Assembly (NCBI GenBank): GCA_963803435.1
Contig: CAWDML010000014.1
Span: forward strand, 192,001-256,000
Source: an uncultured delta proteobacterium
GTDB lineage: Bacteria > Myxococcota > Kuafuiibacteriia > Kuafuiibacteriales > Kuafuiibacteriaceae
Reading direction: 5' to 3'
Length of the DNA: 64,000 bases
Position 1 is the stretch's first letter, and each line of letters begins with the position of its first letter. The notes under the pieces were generated by a model, which saw only the letters and a program-made list of their open reading frames with translations, had not been told where the DNA came from and did not search any database. Below, in pieces: positions 59,661 to 64,000 of the stretch. The position numbers were made by a program, and so were the translations under genes.

Positions 59661-60710
59661 ATGGACATCGTGTTTCACTACCACACCCTGCGGAGCTGGC
59701 TGATCGCCGGTGCGATCGCCCTCGGGACCCTGACGCTCATCCTCATCATCCGGGCCGTGGCCACGGGTCGCCTGGCGAAGGTCGCCGCCCGGACCACCAA
59801 CGTCTTCGACGACATCGTGCTCGAGATGATCCGGCGGACCAAGCTCGGTTTCGTCGCGATCGTCGCGATCTACGCCGGGTCGCTGGCGCTCACCGCGCTT
59901 CCCGCGCCGGAGCGGGTCATCGTCACCCGGGTCGCGATCCTGACCCTGTTCGTCCAGGCCGCGCTCTGGGTGAACGGCGGGATCTCGTACGGCGTGACGC
60001 GGCACCGCGAGCGCACGCTCGACACCGACGCCGGCTCGGTCACCACCATCGCCGCGTTCGGGATCCTGGGCCGCATCGCCGTCTGGATCTTCCTCGCGCT
60101 GGCGATCCTCCAGAACTTCGGCATCCAGATCAGCGCGCTGATCACCGGCCTCGGGATCGGCGGCATCGCCGTCGCGCTCGCGGTGCAGAACATCCTCGGC
60201 GACGTGCTGGCCTCGCTCTCGATCGTCCTCGACAAGCCGTTCGTCATCGGTGACTTCCTCGTGGTCGGCGATACGGTCGGAACGGTCGAGTACGTCGGGC
60301 TCAAGACGACGCGCATCCGGAGCCTCTCGGGGGAGCAGATGGTCGTGTCGAACAACGATCTGCTCCAGAGCCGGATCCGAAACTACAAGCGCATGCAGAG
60401 CCGGCGGATCGTCTTCTCGTTTGGCGTGACCTACGAGACCACGATCGACAAGCTCGAGCGCATCCCGGGCATCGTGAAGGCGGCGATCGACGCCGAGGCC
60501 CAGAGCCGCTTCGACCGCTGCCACTTCTTCAAGTACGGCGACTCGTCCCTGGACTTCGAGGCGGTCTATTACGTGGAAGCCCCCGACTACGGGCTCTACA
60601 TGGACATCCAGCAGCGGGTGAATCTCGCGTTGTTCCGGGCCTTTGCGGAGGAAGAGATCGACTTCGCGTACCCGACCCGGACCGTGTATCTCCACTCGGC
60701 GGCGGCGTAG
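59661..60710 (+). CDS. mscS: Small-conductance mechanosensitive channel (MscS family)
   Basis: GLGIGGIAVALAVQNILGD, DKPFVIGD, GTVEYVGLKTTRIR, IDFAYPTRT. Confidence 0.93.
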   Translation: MDIVFHYHTLRSWLIAGAIALGTLTLILIIRAVATGRLAKVAARTTNVFDDIVLEMIRRTKLGFVAIVAIYAGSLALTALPAPERVIVTRVAILTLFVQAALWVNGGISYGVTRHRERTLDTDAGSVTTIAAFGILGRIAVWIFLALAILQNFGIQISALITGLGIGGIAVALAVQNILGDVLASLSIVLDKPFVIGDFLVVGDTVGTVEYVGLKTTRIRSLSGEQMVVSNNDLLQSRIRNYKRMQSRRIVFSFGVTYETTIDKLERIPGIVKAAIDAEAQSRFDRCHFFKYGDSSLDFEAVYYVEAPDYGLYMDIQQRVNLALFRAFAEEEIDFAYPTRTVYLHSAAA

Positions 60711-60741
60711 GCAAATGGATCCGAAACACTCAGAGTCACCT

Positions 60742-60750
60742 ACCCGATAA
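60742..60750 (+). promoter_or_regulatory. Sigma28 (FliA/WhiG)-like -10 box ACCCGATAA
   Basis: 7/8 match to GCCGATAA, 20 nt before ATG 60771; -35 element weak. Confidence 0.4.
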
Positions 60751-60770
60751 CCACGGCAGGAGGACCCGCC

Positions 60771-61070
60771 ATGCTCAGGAAGACCGACGCGACTGGAACC
60801 GGCGAGATTACGACCGATCAGGGCCTAGGCGACTACACGAAGGCGCGCGAGGCCCAGGTGATGCGGCTCTTGAACGCGTTTGCGCCGGGGAAGTGGGAGC
60901 TGGTCCCGGGCCACACCCAGCTCACCGGGCTGGGCGATCGGCTCAACGGCACGGTGATGATCCAGGCCAAGGGCGGCATGGCGCCGCGCCACGTCACCAA
61001 GTACCTCTCCGTCCAGGACGGCGTGCTCCAGACCCAGGGCCTCAATCTCCAAACCCCCTGGTTCTGCTAG
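60771..61070 (+). CDS. Small hypothetical protein
   Basis: Strong RBS AGGAGG; GC3-biased codons; no signal peptide. Confidence 0.7.
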   Translation: MLRKTDATGTGEITTDQGLGDYTKAREAQVMRLLNAFAPGKWELVPGHTQLTGLGDRLNGTVMIQAKGGMAPRHVTKYLSVQDGVLQTQGLNLQTPWFC

Positions 61071-61115
61071 GCAACCCCCCGATCTCGAAGAGATCGGCAT
61101 CACGGGGAGGTCAGG

Positions 61116-63629
61116 ATGATCGACGACAGACTCAACGTTTCGGGCGCCGGAGTGCCCTACGTCCACGAGGCCCCGGCCTCGACCCCCGTCCGCAAGGCCA
61201 AGGGCCACCGCGCCCTTCCCGGTCGCCAGGAGCAGAATACCGCCCGCGACCGCATCGGAGGCGAGACCCCGCACCTGCCGGCGGTCCACAGCCTGCCCGT
61301 CGTCGCGAAGCGCCCCGAGCTCGGCATCGGGTACCAGCACCCGATCGAGGGACCGTTCGCGCCCGTCGAGCGCACGCGCTGGTCGATCGACACCTACCCG
61401 CCCGGCGCGCACTACGACGGAAAGAACGCCACCTTCGGGGTCCCCGCACCCAACGCTCAGGCCGCCATCCTCGAGATCTACGATCAGCCCCTCGGGGGCG
61501 AGGCGAAGCTGAGCTACCTGATGGAGAAGAAGGACGGCCAATGGCAGGCGAAGCTTGGCGACCTGCCCGAGCCTGTCTACTACGGCTATCGCTTCTTCGG
61601 ACCGAACTTCCGCTACACGCGCGGGTGGACGCCGGGGAGCGGCGAAGGCTTCCGCGAGCACGTCGACGAGTTCGGCAACCGCTTCAACCCTAACAAGCTG
61701 GTCACGGACCCATACGCGCGCGAGCTCTCGCACGACAAGGAGCCGCCCGAGATGCGGGAAGCAGGCGAGCACGCGGGCATGTACAGCTCCGGCGATGCCG
61801 ACTACCAGGGCCGGCCGAGCTACCTCGTCGACACCGCGAAGTGGGCGCCGAAGTCGATCCTGTTCCGCGATGACACCGACTTCGGGATGAAGCCGCGGAT
61901 CCCGGAGGGGGACGCCATCATCTACGAGGCCCACACGCGCGGCCTCACCCAGCACCCGTCATCGATGCGCCTCGAGGATCTGCTGGCCGGCACCACCGGG
62001 TTCGAGGACGTCGCCAACATCCCGAACGAGCTGCGCGGCACGTACCAGGGCGCCGGTATGATGGCGAAGTACCTCAAGGCGCTCGGCTTCAACACGATCG
62101 AGCTCCTCCCAGTCCAGCAGTTCAGCGACGCCAACAACTTCTGGGGCTACATGACCGACGGCTTCTTCGCGCCGCACCGGCGTTACGCCTCCGACCAATC
62201 TCCCGGCGGACCCACACGCGAGTTCAAGGAGATGGTGAAGGCGTTCCACGACGAAGGGATCGAGGTCTGGCTCGACGTCGTCTACAACCACACCGGCGAC
62301 GGCGGGCAGGACGGTCACCCCGACCGCGTGCAGCTGAACGCGCTGCGAGGCGTGGACAACCGGGCGTACTTCGCGCTCTCGCACGACCGGCGTAACGACT
62401 GGGTCTCCAGCGGCTGCGGCAACAACCTGGACGGCTCGAAGCCGGCGACGAAGCGCATGATCCTCGACTCGCTCGAGTACTGGTGCGACGAGATGGGCGT
62501 CGACGGGTTCCGCTTCGATCTCGCCAGCGTGCTGGGACGCGAGAAGGCGAGGGGCTACGAGTTCAACCCCCAGGCACAGCTCCTGGTGGCCATCCGGGAC
62601 TTCGCGCGCTCGCGGAACATCAAGGTCGTCGCAGAGGCCTGGGACTGCGAGGCGAGCGGATATCAGGTCGGTAACTTCCCCGAGGGCTGGGGCGAGTGGA
62701 ACGGCAAGTATCGGGATTGGGTGCGGGACTTCGTGAAGTCCGAGGGCAACGCGGGTGAGTTCAAGGAGGCGTTCGCCGGGACGCCCAGCCTGTATCGCCG
62801 CCACGGAGGTCCAGCGAAGTCGGTCAACCTTCTCACGGCCCACGACGGCTTCACCCGGGCCGACCTGGTCAGCTACACGCACAAGCAGAACGAGAACCTC
62901 AGCGCGCCCTTCGGTCCGGTCGATGGCGGCGATAATAACAACCGCTCCTGGGACTGCTGGGTCGGCGATCCCCAGTCGACCAAAAGGTTGCGCCGTCGCC
63001 AGCTCAAGAACTTGTGGACGCTCCACATGTTCGCGCGCGGCGTGCCCATGATCGTCTACGGCGACGAGCTCGGACGCACGCAGAACGGTAACAACAACCC
63101 GTACAAGCTCGACTCGATCGCCACCCAGAACAACTACGCGATGGTAGCGACGGCAGCGCCGCAGCGCGTCCCGACCGAGGGCGGCGGCCACTATCACGAC
63201 AACCTCGGCGAGGAGGAGAACGAGGACGGCAAGAACGGCCTCTTCCTCTTCAGTAGATTCGTGACGCACCTGCGCAAAGATCACCCCTGCCTTCGCCAGG
63301 AGTCCTACGATCAGGTCCCGATCGAGTTCCTGAGCCCGGGCGGCGGTCCGCACCGGGACACCGAGATCCACTCGGTGGCGATCAAGATCGACGGGTCTCC
63401 CGTCGGCGACAGTCGGTTCCTCTTGCTGGTGAACACGTATCAGGGCGGGTTCGACTTCCAGGTGCCGAAGGCGGCGCCGGGGAAGAAGTGGGTCCGGATC
63501 GTCGACACGGCGAACCGCTTCGAGAATCACCATAACTTCTGGACGCCCGAGGAGGCCGCCCCGGTGTCGAAGGGGGGATACCCCGTCGAGGACCACGCGA
63601 TCGTGGTTCTGCAGGAGATTGACGCGTGA
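61116..63629 (+). CDS. glgX: Isoamylase / glycogen debranching enzyme (GH13) with a long N-terminal extension
   Basis: GNRFNPNKLVTDPYA, IELLPV, NFWGYMT, DVVYNHT, DGFRFDLA, AEAW, TAHDGFT, GDELGRTQNGNNNPY. Confidence 0.92.
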   Translation: MIDDRLNVSGAGVPYVHEAPASTPVRKAKGHRALPGRQEQNTARDRIGGETPHLPAVHSLPVVAKRPELGIGYQHPIEGPFAPVERTRWSIDTYPPGAHYDGKNATFGVPAPNAQAAILEIYDQPLGGEAKLSYLMEKKDGQWQAKLGDLPEPVYYGYRFFGPNFRYTRGWTPGSGEGFREHVDEFGNRFNPNKLVTDPYARELSHDKEPPEMREAGEHAGMYSSGDADYQGRPSYLVDTAKWAPKSILFRDDTDFGMKPRIPEGDAIIYEAHTRGLTQHPSSMRLEDLLAGTTGFEDVANIPNELRGTYQGAGMMAKYLKALGFNTIELLPVQQFSDANNFWGYMTDGFFAPHRRYASDQSPGGPTREFKEMVKAFHDEGIEVWLDVVYNHTGDGGQDGHPDRVQLNALRGVDNRAYFALSHDRRNDWVSSGCGNNLDGSKPATKRMILDSLEYWCDEMGVDGFRFDLASVLGREKARGYEFNPQAQLLVAIRDFARSRNIKVVAEAWDCEASGYQVGNFPEGWGEWNGKYRDWVRDFVKSEGNAGEFKEAFAGTPSLYRRHGGPAKSVNLLTAHDGFTRADLVSYTHKQNENLSAPFGPVDGGDNNNRSWDCWVGDPQSTKRLRRRQLKNLWTLHMFARGVPMIVYGDELGRTQNGNNNPYKLDSIATQNNYAMVATAAPQRVPTEGGGHYHDNLGEEENEDGKNGLFLFSRFVTHLRKDHPCLRQESYDQVPIEFLSPGGGPHRDTEIHSVAIKIDGSPVGDSRFLLLVNTYQGGFDFQVPKAAPGKKWVRIVDTANRFENHHNFWTPEEAAPVSKGGYPVEDHAIVVLQEIDA

Positions 63630-63647
63630 GCAACCATTCGGGCGTGA

Positions 63648-63656
63648 ACCCGATAA
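63648..63656 (+). promoter_or_regulatory. Sigma28-like -10 box ACCCGATAA
   Basis: Same 9-mer as 60742-60750, about 40 nt before ATG 63699. Confidence 0.4.
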
Positions 63657-63698
63657 TCGTGAGAACTTCGTTTCTTTCCAGGATGATAGGAACAGCCC

Positions 63699-64000
63699 AT
63701 GCATCTCCGCGATCTCGACTCGACCCCGCCGGCAACCGCCCCCGACCGCACGCGCATCGAGACGACCCAGACCCGGGCTCCGAAGGCGATCGTAGGCGAC
63801 GAACCGAGCGGTGACGCCCGCAGGGCCCAGGCGAAGGCCCTCGGCGGCGGCCCGGCCGTCGAGCCCGAGGCGCCGCTCGATCAGCTGGCGCGGAGCTTCG
63901 GGATCCAGCCCAGCTACGTCGACTGGGAGGGCAACCCGCACAAGGTCTCGGACGAGATCCTGACCAAGCTGCTCGCCATCATGGGCGTCCACGCCGGATC
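63699..64000 (+). CDS. malQ: Probable 4-alpha-glucanotransferase (MalQ), 5' part only
   Basis: Manual translation: about 58 aa P/T/A-rich leader then LDQLARSFGIQPSYVDWEGNPHKVSDEILTKLLAIMG, the MalQ N-terminal motif; follows glgX. Catalytic domain is outside the window. Confidence 0.65.
   Translation, partial: MHLRDLDSTPPATAPDRTRIETTQTRAPKAIVGDEPSGDARRAQAKALGGGPAVEPEAPLDQLARSFGIQPSYVDWEGNPHKVSDEILTKLLAIMGVHAG

Overview
High-GC (about 70% by eye), densely coding bacterial DNA that looks myxobacterial (inference from MYXO-CTERM-like tails, a RedB-like gene, an ECF/FecR cassette and many lipoproteins). From left to right: a signalling cluster (PAS-GGDEF, REC-CheC, RedB-like protein, membrane CheA-like kinase); csbD; a thioredoxin lipoprotein; a double-matrixin ORF with an internal sorting signal next to a CPBP protease; tRNA-Gln and tRNA-Glu; an SPFH pair; an orphan clpX; a PEP-synthase regulator; an AsmA-like/lgt operon; a secreted peptidase operon; and a large alpha-glucan region (four GH13 lipoproteins plus LamB; GH15 plus porin plus XylFGH-like ABC; isoamylase and malQ). 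It also holds a frameshifted ECF/anti-sigma pair and a 3.3 kb patch of unrelated gene fragments flanked by a ~105 bp direct repeat of the egtD 3' end. The best candidates for something new are (1) a metalloprotease polyprotein with an internal MYXO-CTERM plus a second signal peptide, and (2) glycogen-degrading enzymes with signal-less N-terminal extensions behind sigma28-like boxes, possibly exported by a non-Sec route. All calls come from motif recognition by eye; no searches were run.
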